NCBI GenBank assembly: GCA_965203295.1
Contig: CBDBCZ010000015.1
Coordinates: forward strand, 960,001-1,024,000
Length of the DNA: 64,000 bases
Source: Nitrospirales bacterium
GTDB lineage: Bacteria > Nitrospirota > Nitrospiria > Nitrospirales > UBA8639
Reading direction: 5' to 3'
Within the stretch, counting starts at the first letter, position 1. Each line of letters begins with the position of its first letter. Below the pieces are notes generated by a model. The model ran no database searches. It was not told the origin of the DNA and saw only the letters and a program-made list of their open reading frames with translations. The position numbers and the translations under genes are program-made. Shown one piece after another: positions 11,680-22,581 of this stretch.

Positions 11680-11922
11680 AAAGGTGTTCTTAAAAGTAAT
11701 AAAACGGGAGGTAATGATGGACTAGTTGGGGAGTTTTTTAAGTACGGGGAGAAAAGAATGGCTAATCTGTTGATAGTCTTATATGAGGTAGTTTGGATAA
11801 GGGAGAGTGTTTCCAAACATCAGAGACAAGGGTTGATTATTAGCTTTTATAGAAAGGTGATGCTGAGGACCCAGGTAATTACAGAGGCATTACACTATTG
11901 AATGTGGTCGGAAAGCTATTTT
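11680..11922 (+). mobile_element. Non-LTR retrotransposon (LINE) RT N-terminal fragment
   Basis: Translates with frameshifts to LKSNKTGGNDGLVGEFFKYG...KGDAEDPGNYRGITLLNVVGKLF, a canonical LINE RT domain 0-1 motif. Confidence 0.85.
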
Positions 11923-12590
11923 GACCCAAGAGATATTAGGACAAGTTATGCATGTAATGCATAGGCATAGGAGATGGCTGACTCAGCCAAGCAGATCAGC
12001 TCCGTTTATATTCCTTATCAGGAAAGTCACAAATGTCTATCACTAATTGCTGCTATTGTTACTGCTAACTGCAGCACTTATCTTGAACTAGGCAGTGTGT
12101 ACAGTAGCTGTGTCTTCACATTGTACAGGTGGAATTATTGACTCCTTCCCAGCATATTTGACTAGGCAGTGTGTACAGTAGCTGTGCCTTCACATTGTAC
12201 AGGTGGAACTATTGACTCCTTCCCAGCATATTTGACTAGGCAGTGTGTATAGTAGCTGTGTCTTCACATTGTACAGGTGGAACTATTGACTCCTTCCCAG
12301 CATATTTGACGATACCCCCAATATCCAGGGAGCTGGACCAAGGGAGTTGTGCATTGATGGGAATGGGTGGGTGAGAACACCATCGTAATAGTACGTAGTT
12401 GATGGCTTGTGAATAATGAACTGCATAATAAACCACGCAGGATGATATTCTTCTTGAAGTTCAGATCCAGAACACCACTACATGTCAAATGTACTCAGAA
12501 GTTGTAAAGTTTGACCCTGCTGCGGGCTTTGAAGCTGTTAATCTCAACAAGCTTGCAAATAAAGAGGAAGAATAAGTCCATTTGAAATGT
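11923..12590 (+). pseudogene. TRAPPC13: TRAPPC13 fragment copy D (internally deleted; triplicated acceptor; last exon donor lost)
   Basis: Aligns piecewise to 6253-6525, ~6655-6690 and ~7518-7720. Exon 12441-12571 DDILLEVQIQNTTTCQMYSEVVKFDPAAGFEAVNLNKL is followed by ATAAGT instead of GTAAGT. Confidence 0.85.
12087..12308 (+). repeat. 3 x 74-bp tandem repeat spanning a TRAPPC13 intron/exon boundary
   Basis: ACTAGGCAGTGTGTA...CATTGTACAG|GTGGAA.TATTGACTCCTTCCCAGCATATTTG starts at 12087, 12161 and 12235. Confidence 0.92.
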
Positions 12591-14184
12591 AGCACACCAG
12601 TTTGTTCGTAGGTGCAATAGTATACAATGTACGTAGTTGGCCCCTTGTGCCTCTTCAAGCAGTTGGGAAGGTAAATCAGTTTGTACGTGTACGTTGGTGC
12701 AATAGTAGACAATGTACGTAGTTAGCTAAACACTATCACAGAATCAGGTATTGGATTCCTGGTAGCTAGTGTCGACCAGCAGCTGAGAACAATGCTGGAT
12801 CATAACTCACAGTTAGCTGAAACTTTGAATTAACAGGTGTCACTTTATTGAACCAATAAGTGAGTAACTGGGTCTTAAGGAATCTCTATCAAACAGCTGC
12901 TGATCCGTGGTAATGACAATACCAATATCTGTCAACAGCATGAGTGCATATAATAGTTTATATATATATAAATGCACTCTTGGAAAACAGTCATGTTGAT
13001 GTGCAATCACAGAGGTAGTTGGACATGTAGTGCAATGATGATCTTGTCATTATCAATAACCACTGGGGAACCTTAGCCTACCCTGGCAACTGGGCTGGAG
13101 AAAATTAGTGTGTCTGGCTTCAGTGTCTGGCTGTTGGGTGTTGCTAACTTTTTGGGTTGATTTAGCAAATCATGTTTATCAGTAGTTTTTCTATTGTAAT
13201 TGAAGGATTAGGAGACCAGATAAAGGCTAAACTACAGTAGAGCCTTAGTTCACTTTTAATTCACGGAGGCTTTCCTGGTGTGAGTCAAATTAAGAGCTGT
13301 ATGTAGCTGCTGGTCAGCTCTAGGTGCTGCACACACCATCACTGCACTGACAAAGCCCAAATAGCTGTCAGTGTTTCAGTTCTTTGTACTTTACTTATGA
13401 TAGTATGTTTGTATACTTACAGAGCATTGGCCCTCTTACATAAGTGGACATGCTTTCAAATCAGAAGAAATGCATTAGTAGGATTGGACAGGTATTTGTA
13501 GGTCACTTACCAAATGGTACTTTGACACAAGGCTTTTTGCATCTTAACTCCTAGTTATATTTGTTTGTTCACACAGCTGTGTAAACAAGTGTACATTTGT
13601 TGTGGAAGTAGATTGAGTGTCACCTGTGCATGGGCTGTGGGGCATGGGTGGGGTGGGGTGACAACTTGCTCTGGCCTACACTTGTACTTTTCTTGTCTCT
13701 GTTAAGGGCACGTGGTAACTTCAGTGGTAGTCACAGAATCAAACCGATTACTTTCAGTATCAGCATGGCATGTGGAAGAGTGTCAGCATCAGGCTATCAG
13801 CACACATCTCTTCCACATGCCAATACTGTAAGTGATGGATGCTGTAGAATGTAAGTGGGCTGGCTTGTGAAACTACTTTAGTGAACCAGACGCTATGAAT
13901 ATTCTACAGTTGTACGTTTTCAATTGCAAGGCCTTTCATATAAGAAACACTCCTTTGCCCATTACAAGCTGTTACACAATAAAGTTTTGAGCTTTGCAAA
14001 CCTTTACCACGCAGGCCAGTGCTATTTCAAATTTCTGTACTGACATAAATGCAATCTGTTGCAGTCAGGAAGCTACATCAAACTTGCATGTGAGTGGCAT
14101 GATTGTGTAGCTACTGTTTCAATTAATTCAGGGTTAAGATGCCCCTCCAGTTTCCATGAACTTGGCATGATATAATTATTGATC

Positions 14185-14462
14185 TATTAAAATGCACACA
14201 TAGATCTATAGTGTGGAAGTTATTAAATTGTACGTTTGACCAGTCGTCTGTTTGATTCAAAAACTGCGAACTAGACATTTCACTGTACCCTTGTCACTTT
14301 CTTTGTACGTATATGCTCTTGTTTGTTCTGCTCTTAGCATGTAGCTGTATTCATGTGGCAGCTGACTTGTTTAGCTCAGTTTCTCTTTGTAATTATGTAG
14401 ATGCCCTCCTATGACCATACATATTCACTAGCACATCACAGAACCTTAAGTTTGCATGCTCA
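14185..14462 (+). repeat. ~280-bp dispersed duplication, copy 2
   Basis: Matches 11400-11678 with scattered substitutions. Confidence 0.85.
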
Positions 14463-14595
14463 GGGTAAGGCCCACCTACTCCTAACCATAACATAAGCCA
14501 TAAGCCACATTTCTGGCCTTGGATGGAGAAAAATCAGATACAGGCCAGGGGTGGAACAGGGTTGTACGTAGTATGTCACCTATTCTATTTTCCAT

Positions 14596-14880
14596 TTTTA
14601 CCCCATGCATATACGGCAAGGTTAAGCAATTGGCTCTGTTTGTCTGTCTGTCTGTCTGTCTGTCGTCTGTACAATGAAATAAATTGCAATCTAGCGATTT
14701 ACAGGGTTTAACAATCGCTAAATCCGACCTTTATATTTGGATACCTGATAGTTATACCAAAAGCGGTTTCTACTCTCCTCTCTTTCTTATTTAACAGGGT
14801 AAGGCCCACCATTTTTAATAGAGTCAAACACTCCATTGCCACCGAGGGCTTGCATGTATGTGGGTTCTAAACACGTGTTT
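14596..14880 (+). mobile_element. Probable non-autonomous Helentron-associated (HINE/DINE-1-like) element
   Basis: T-rich start TTTTACCCC..GCATAT..GGCAAGGTTAAGCAATTGG followed by a (GTCT)n microsatellite at ~14641-14668, an architecture typical of HINEs; ends approximate. Confidence 0.5.
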
Positions 14881-14899
14881 ATATAGAACTGTATGGATA

Positions 14900-15545
14900 G
14901 ACTTGTATTTATCTATCAATTAGATAAAGCTGGGATTGGAATAACTATTAAGTATGATGTTAATAAGAGTGGGGGTCTAATGTAATTACTACTTCTGAGG
15001 TAAGGTTAAAGTCTAACATTAAAAAAGAGTGCCTTTATTATTTTTCTAGAGAGGTTAATTGTTCAGGTACATGTACATGGAAGTGGGGAGATAAAGGGTT
15101 GCAAGTTACTGTTATTTGGGCATTGAATTGTCAATAATGGTCATGATACAATAATGTACAGAGGGTAATTAAAAGTGGAAAGCAAAAACTTAGAAATATC
15201 AATACAGTTGGAGTGTTAATTTTGTTACTTTGCCCCACTTTAGAGTATGGTAGTGAAGTGTGGGCTTAATATGGAGACAGCTTCTTTAGAATCTATTCAG
15301 CTACGTAGGAGCAGCTAAAAGATACTTGGCTGCTCTTCTAAAAATTCAAATAAATATGCAATGAAACAATAAAGGAAGATATAGGAATAGAACCTTTGAA
15401 AGGCAGGAGGAATAAGTGCAAACTTAAGTGGTGGTTGCGTATATAGAGTCAAGAGTGGGAAATGAAACTGTATAGAGGTACTGAAGATTACTGAGATAGT
15501 AGATGAGGCTTTGAGGTATAGAGAATACTATAAGCTGGAATAGTC
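14900..15545 (+). mobile_element. Decayed LINE fragment (C-terminal half of RT ORF)
   Basis: Homologous to 16170-16540 (AAAGCTGGGATTGG..AACTATTAAG..TGATGTT; GGAAGTGGGGAGATAAAG) and continues to PTLEYGSEVW; many indels. Confidence 0.75.
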
Positions 15546-15574
15546 AAGGTTGGTAGCTAAGCAGAAATTAAAAG

Positions 15575-16540
15575 ATGTTCTAAAAGCCTAAAGAATAAAA
15601 AGCAGAAGGTAATGATGGGCTAGTTGGGGAGCTTTTTAAGTATGGTGGCGAAGGAATGGCTAATCTGTTGAAAGTTTATATGAAGTAGTTTGGACAGAGG
15701 AGACTATTCCGCAGACAAGGGTCAATTGTTAACTTGTATAAAAAAGGTGATGCTGAGGACCCGGGTAATTACAGAGGCATTGCACTATTAAATGTGGTAG
15801 GTTTTGCAAGATTCTAAATAACCGCTTAGTAATCAGATTAGAATCAGAAAGGGCTCTTCATGAGAGTCAGGCAGGATTTAGAGAGTTTCAAAAGGAGTTG
15901 GTTTGATATCATTTTATCTCGAAATGAAATCATACAAGGCACAATTAGGGAAGGAAAACACACTTACACTTTCGTGTTAGATGTTCAGAAAGCATTTGTC
16001 ACAATTTGGCATAATGGCTTACGGGAACCTGGTGATAGAGGTAGGATGTGGAGAGATAATTATTAAGACTATGTATGACATCGCACAGAGTGCTGTTTTA
16101 CTGGAGGGATTAAAATCCAAATCATTCATTATAGGTCGGGTGGTACGGGTTGTAATATGTCTCCTATCCTGCATGTATTTTCCAATCAGTTGTTAGATGA
16201 GATCACAAAGGCTGGGATTGGCACAACTATTAAGACTGATGTTATATGTTGGGGGTCTAGTGTTTGCTGATGATTTTGTAGGTTTAATTACTAATACTGA
16301 GGACTTACAAACATTGATTAATGTAGTACAGGAATTTTGTAAAGGAGAGTGCTGTTATGGTGTTTTCCATAGAGGTTGATACAGGTACATTCACACGGAA
16401 GTGGGGAGATAAAGACATTCCAAGGGTTGCAAGTTACAGTTTTTGTGGATTGAATTTGTTAATAATGGTTCATTGGATAGACATGTACAGATTGTGATCG
16501 TGAAAGGAAAAAAACTTAATCACTTACACAGTGTTGTGAG
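15575..16540 (+). mobile_element. Decayed LINE reverse transcriptase region
   Basis: Motifs across frames: GNDGLVGELFKYGG, KKGDAEDPGNYRGIALL, LHESQAGFR, FVLDVQKAF, GCNMSPIL, GGLVFADDFVG (catalytic F/YADD). Confidence 0.92.
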
Positions 16541-16835
16541 AAGGTTTTGGTATGTACGTGCTGTCTTCATGTCGATTAACCAACAGAAATCACACAGATA
16601 TTTATCAAACGGTACCAAGTAGGGCAATTTATTACAATGACACTCGATCACTTTTGTAATTTCCTGTAACTAAGTTCACATATCATGTAGACCTAGCTAC
16701 ATTCGCATTGTTTCTTGCAGAATCAAAGTACATGACCACAGTGATGTTTCCATGTGGTAGTGGGCCACTTGTGTGGACCTACAGAATAGTTACCTATTAG
16801 ATAACGTGTGTGCCTGTCTCCCTGTTGTCCTACAG

Positions 16836-16916
16836 ACTCATTACAGAGCGAAAGAAGAAAAGAAAGCAGCTGAAGACAAGAAAGAGTCAATGTTTGATCC
16901 CAAAGAGCTGCTGGCT
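16836..16916 (+). other. Exon-like segment of an unidentified gene
   Basis: Polypyrimidine tract + CCTACAG acceptor, 81 nt open in phase 0 (THYRAKEEKKAAEDKKESMFDPKELLA), GTGAGT donor. Confidence 0.45.
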
Positions 16917-17306
16917 GTGAGTGTTTACACCATGAATTACTTCTGACATTTGTTTTATTGGCCAATTCAATCTGCTTTAAAATTATATATCTGATGATAG
17001 GTCTGACTACAGCTATACTATCTCAGCTGCTAAAATCAGCTTTAGCTTACTGATTATATCACTCAAATCTGATAAAGACAGTACATATATGTATAGACAA
17101 AGACCTGTGTGCACAAAGAAGCATTAAACTGCATCTACTACACACACATGGTGCACTCCAAAACACCCCCTGCAAACACATGTGACTGTCTTTATCTATC
17201 ATAACATACATGCACACACGTGGGCATAGCAAAATCATTAGGCTTGCCTTGGGCCCCCAAAACCTCATATCAGCTTTGTCCTCACTGTTCGGTGAAACTA
17301 GAACAC

Positions 17307-17382
17307 CGCATACACACATACACATGTGACACACACACAACACACACGCACACACACACAAACACACACACACACACACACA
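17307..17382 (+). repeat. Imperfect (CA)n microsatellite
   Basis: Direct inspection. Confidence 0.9.
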
Positions 17383-17634
17383 AATGCAAATTCTGTTGCT
17401 GCTGCTAAGCGGTCACGCGCACCTGGCAAAACCAGGCTGCATACCTGTGCACGAAGCAAATACTCTGAGCCAGTGCTGGCAAAATCCTGGAGCTGATACG
17501 TGAGAGCAATCAGTTGAATTTGCACCCCAGCAAATGCCAGGTATCCATTACAGCTGGGTGGGCTGGTGTGTACTGGTGACATAAGATGGTAATTTACAAC
17601 AAATAAATGATGGAAAGAATAGATAGTCGCCAGT

Positions 17635-17704
17635 AGTCACGGTGGGATTCAAACCACCAACCCTTGGGTTGTGAGTCCAGTGTTCTAACTACTACACCAC
17701 CGCG

Positions 17705-17706
<2 letters not shown>
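17635..17706 (-). pseudogene. tRNA-like element (tRNA pseudogene or SINE head; CAC at anticodon position)
   Basis: Minus strand GTCGCGGTGGTGTAGTAGTTAGAACACTGGACTCACAACCCAAGGGTTGGTGGTTTGAATCCCACCGTGACT: 72 nt, 7-bp acceptor stem GTCGCGG/CCGTGAC, A-box and degenerate B-box (GGTTTGAATCC); anticodon and T stems imperfect. Confidence 0.7.
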
Positions 17707-17819
<113 letters not shown>

Positions 17820-17830
17820 ACTGCATACAG

Positions 17831-20800
17831 TTATGCGGCTGACAAAGCCGTCTCTAATGACGTCGGTTCCAGTGCTGGGAGAGCCATGGAGCATGCTGGG
17901 TGAGTACAGTCGTATATTTGATACTCATTGTATAATGAACCCATTCCAGTATTTCTGACGCAATGAATTTTGAGATGTCAGGGGCTGAAAACAGGCCAAT
18001 TAAATTCAATCCATTAAATTTTAGCAGGCTAAGTGACTTAATTGCTGACAAAGTAAAGAGGCTGTGGTTTTGATAGTTAACTGCTCTAGTAATTTCTACT
18101 ATGACTGACACTAACTGTATGGTAAAGTACAATTATGATATGCAGCCACTTATGATTACTTATTGTATGTGGTTATACTGAAAGTCTACAGCTAGTTTGA
18201 TTACGTATTACTACAGCTTCTGACTAAACTCAGTTCCTCCTGTTTCTGCATAGTCTCAGTGTGCTTCTTGTAGTGCATGTAAACATTTTGCTGTTCTACC
18301 ATAGATAACTGCCTGATAACATTTTTATACATAATTCATTTTCTTAGTAATTAATCTAACAGCGTTCATCGCACGTTGATCAGCAATACACACTGTAGTA
18401 CATGTACATGTAAGCTCAAGAAGGAGCTTGATAAATCCACCCTAATTACAAACTATGACATTTTCGTTACTAGCCTCTCTTACTCGGCCAGTCATGTAGT
18501 TCTGAAGATAGGTTTCTAGCTTGTTTTCCACATGTGCATACATCTGAGGCTCATTATACCATATTACAATGCATGCATAAAATTTTACCTTTGTTTATTA
18601 ACATTGCTGTGCATGTGCATGTACTTACATGTAGGTACAGCAGTGCAAGATGAAATGGAAGCTGACATAAGGACCCCTCGTTGTTTACCAGCCTTTGCAT
18701 CTGGGGAACTGCTAGCACTACCACACAATTTCAAGTAAGATTAAACTACACTCTGAAGAGAGATATGTAAGGATATATAATTTTGTTTTCCTCCTGTGTA
18801 ACGTACTCTTATTACTGTGGAGAAGTTCTATGTGACCTGCTGTGTGAAAATCCAGCACTTGGACAATTGTCATCAACAGTAGTGAGAATGGATTGGTACA
18901 GGACAAGTTGCTTTTCGTACATGTAGCACTGCCATTTTCATAGCATTGCCGCGATTGAGAATACTGCAAACTCTATGGCATGGAAATTCACGTCTGGGTC
19001 AATAGTGTGGCAATACCTACGTACTAAAATTGGTATGTATTGTCATGGCAGCAATGCCACCTATAAAACTACTCACATTTCAGTTAGTTTGTGCATAGTT
19101 ACGTATCATAAAATTGACTTATTCGAAAGTACTGGTTGTTACACAGCAGGTCGCATTTGTTGATCCACATGTACATACATGTACGTCTGTTAGAGATATG
19201 TCAAAGATTAGCCATTGTTCATGTTGTAGTTGTAACCATGCTCAAAGATGCTTTAGGCCCTTTCCTGTTTCTCTTGTACTTAGACTTCTGACTCCTGATT
19301 TTCCCTTGTCCTTGCCACCTGTTCTTGTGCCACCTGTTCTTGTGCCACCTGTTCTTGTGCCACCTGTCTATGGAACATTCTAGAACTCTCCTTTTTTCTA
19401 TATATATCTCTTTTTGCCACTGTGTAGTAGTTGTTCAGTTATTCAGTCTTCATGATTACTATTGGAATGATACGAGAAGTTGGTGCACCTATCTACTCTG
19501 TGCATCGTTAATCCACTTAGAGCATGCGTCCCTGTTCAACTGCATCACGCAGATTGTCTTATCTGAAGAGCAACCTCTCGGCGATTGAAACTGCGGTCCT
19601 TTGCGTTGACGCCAGAATCAGCAGAGCTCCACCTGCTTCACCAATATCAAGAGCAGTTATCCGACTTCAAACGGGAGCTTGGAGAAATTCGTCAAACTGC
19701 ATTCTCCCTTGGAGCAGAAGAAGTTGAAACCTCCGTGAACGCCATGGACAATTCGACTGCAGCCTGCAACTCAAGAAGTTACTGTTCACTCTCACACCTG
19801 GTGTCATCCCTAATCCGTCAACAGAATCTCCTGCTACAATAACGAGTGGAGTCAGATTGCCCAAGATTGACGTTCCCACCTTTGACGGTAACATCCTCAG
19901 CTGGCAGACATTCTGGGAACAATTTAGTATTGCCGTTCATGAACGTACGAGCCTTTCAGACACAGGGAAGCTGGTGTATCTCCGCCACGCACTCAAGGAT
20001 GGTACAGCAAAAAGGATTATTGAGGGCCTGTCCCGATCTGGAGACCAATTCACTGAAGCAGTCACATGTTTGGGGTCCCGCTACGATCGTCCCAGACTCA
20101 TCCACCAAACTCATGTCAAGAAGATTGTTGAAATTGCCCCCCCTGAGGGATGGCTCTGGAAGGGAGCTCCGCCATCTACATGATACGGCACAGCACCAGA
20201 ACACCATGTTTGAATGGCGAAGGTCCAGCCAAGAAACTGCAGTATCGCTGTGAGATTACGGCCTGTGAGTTGCAGGAGCATGTGCATGCATATACATATA
20301 CGTATATGTAGTTGCCTTTGGCTGCTGATTGTGAAAGCTGACCCTTCTTACCCTCTCCCCGTTCAAGGATGATCTACCTGGGAGAAAATTTCAGTGGCTT
20401 TGTTACCGTGCACAACGACAACCAGGAGGTGGTGAAGGAAACCATCTTTAAGGTAATTTGCAGCAGAGCCCAGGAGTGAGCATCTGTACAAAATGTCATG
20501 TAACAGACAGAACTATGTACGTATATGATCTCTGTCTGGTCTTGCAGTCACCAAGTAATTAAAGCTACATAGTGTCGTGTCGTATTGCCAGTTTTTTTTT
20601 CATGACCATAAAATATCGGTGTGGGAAGGCTTAGTTGCGACCCTAGCAATATTAGGACAAATTATGCATGTAATGCATAGGTATAGGAGATGGCTGACTC
20701 AGTCTGTACTGAAGTTTTGTGTCTGAAGGCCATACAGATCTGCTCCGTTTATATTCCTTATCAGGACAAGTCACAAATGTCTATCGCTAGTTGCTGCTAT

Positions 20801-21312
20801 AGTTACTGCTCACTGCAGCACTTATCTTGAACTTGGCAGTGTGTATAGTTCACATTGTACAGGTGGGTGGAACTATTGACTCCTTCCAGCTGGACCCGGG
20901 GGAAGGTGTTAAGAGCGAATCATAGCACATGAAGTAAAGGAACTGGGAGAGCACAGGTAAGAGATATACGTAGCCTTGATTCGAAGCTATAAGAGATACA
21001 CATAACTGTCTATGTAGGTAATGAGAGAGTGTATATGCATTGAAGGGAATGGGTGGGCGAGAACATCAACATAGAAGTATGTTATGTAGCTTCATATGTG
21101 ACTTACATTATCTGGACGTGGATCTATGTCACATTCACCTGTAAAGGATATCTCCACTGTCTTTCCAGTGCTAGGTACGGCCTTAAATGCTTTTTGTTTT
21201 TGAAGTCGCATGCACGCCTTCCAAAACCCTCATAGCGGTTTTTAAAGTACCAATCTCTTGATTTCCTCAACTTTATATACTACTACAGCCTCATCTGTAC
21301 TGCCACCTATAC
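17831..21312 (+). pseudogene. TRAPPC13: TRAPPC13 partial unprocessed copy B (N-terminal exons, truncated)
   Basis: Exons 17831-17899 (MRLTKPSLMTSVPVLGEPWSML), 18635-18734 (TAVQDEMEADIRTPRCLPAFASGELLALPHNFK) and 20368-20452 (MIYLGENFSGFVTVHNDNQEVVKETIFK) splice in compatible phases. 20863-20956 is disrupted and the exon at 21289 is cut after ~24 nt. Matches recalled VMRLTKP and LTLPQNFGNIFLGETF; no first exon seen. Confidence 0.9.
19231..20255 (+). mobile_element. BEL/Pao LTR retrotransposon remnant (putative LTR 19231-19452 plus internally deleted gag) in a TRAPPC13 intron
   Basis: RLPKIDVPTFDGNILSWQTFWEQFSIAVHERTSLSDTGKLVYLRHALKDG...RYDRPRLIHQTHV is the DUF1759-type BEL/Pao gag signature. 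The upstream TG...CA segment has a TATATA box and 15-bp tandem repeats (~19313-19367); LTR limits tentative. Confidence 0.85.
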
Positions 21313-21505
21313 TGCCACCTTGTGCACGAAGCAAACACTCTGAGCCAGTGCTGGCAGACTCCTGGAACTGATACATGAGAGCAGTCAGTTGAATTTGCAC
21401 CCCAGCAAATGCTAGGTACCCATTACAGCTGGGTGGGCTGGTGTGTACTGGAAACATAAGATGGTAATTCACAACAATTGAACGAATGAATATTTAGTCA
21501 CCAGT

Positions 21506-21710
<205 letters not shown>

Positions 21711-21721
21711 ACTGCATACAG

Positions 21722-22581
21722 TTATGTGGCTGACAAAGCCGTCTCTAATGACGTCGGTTCCAGTGCTGGGAGAGCCATGGAGCATACTGGGTGAGTACAG
21801 TCAGTATATTTGATACTCATTGTATAATGAACCCATTCCAGTATTTCTGACGCAATGAATTTTGAGATGTCAGGTGCTGAAAACAGGCCAATTAAATTCA
21901 ATCCATTAAATTTTAACAGGCTAAGTGACTTAATTGCTGACGAAGTAAAAAGGCTGTGGTAGTTGATAGTTAACTGCTCTAGTAATTTCTACTATGACTG
22001 ACACTATCTGTATGGTAAAGTACAATTGTGATATGCAGCCATTTATGATTACTTATTGTATGTGGTTATACTGAAAGTCTACAGCTAGTTTGATTACGTA
22101 TTACTACAGCTTCTGAGTAAACTCAGTTCCTCCTGTTTCGGCATAGTCTCAGTGTGCTTCTTGTAGTGCATGTAAACATTTTGCTGTTTCTTAGCAATTA
22201 ATCTAGCAGCGTTCATCGCACGTTGATCAGCAATACACACTGTAGTACATGTACATGTAAGCTCAAGAAGGAGCTTGATAAATCCACCCTAATTACAAAC
22301 GATGACATTTTCGTTACTAGCCTCTCTTACTCGGCCAGTCATGTAGTTCTGAAGATAGGTTTCTAGCTTATTTTCCACATGTGCATACATCTGAGGCTCA
22401 TTATACCATATTACAATGCATGCATAAAATTTTACCTTTGTTTATTAACATTGCTGTGCATGTGCATGTTCTTACATATAGGTACAGCAGTGCAAGATGA
22501 AATGGAAGCTGACATAAGGACCCCTCGTTGTTTACCAGCCTTTGCATCTGGGGAACTGCTAGCACTACCACACAATTTCAA
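21722..22581 (+). pseudogene. TRAPPC13: TRAPPC13 fragment copy C (two exons)
   Basis: Exons 21722-21790 (MWLTKPSLMTSVPVLGEPWSIL) and 22482-22581 (TAVQDEMEADIRTPRCLPAFASGELLALPHNFK); truncated 13 nt into the next intron. Confidence 0.88.
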
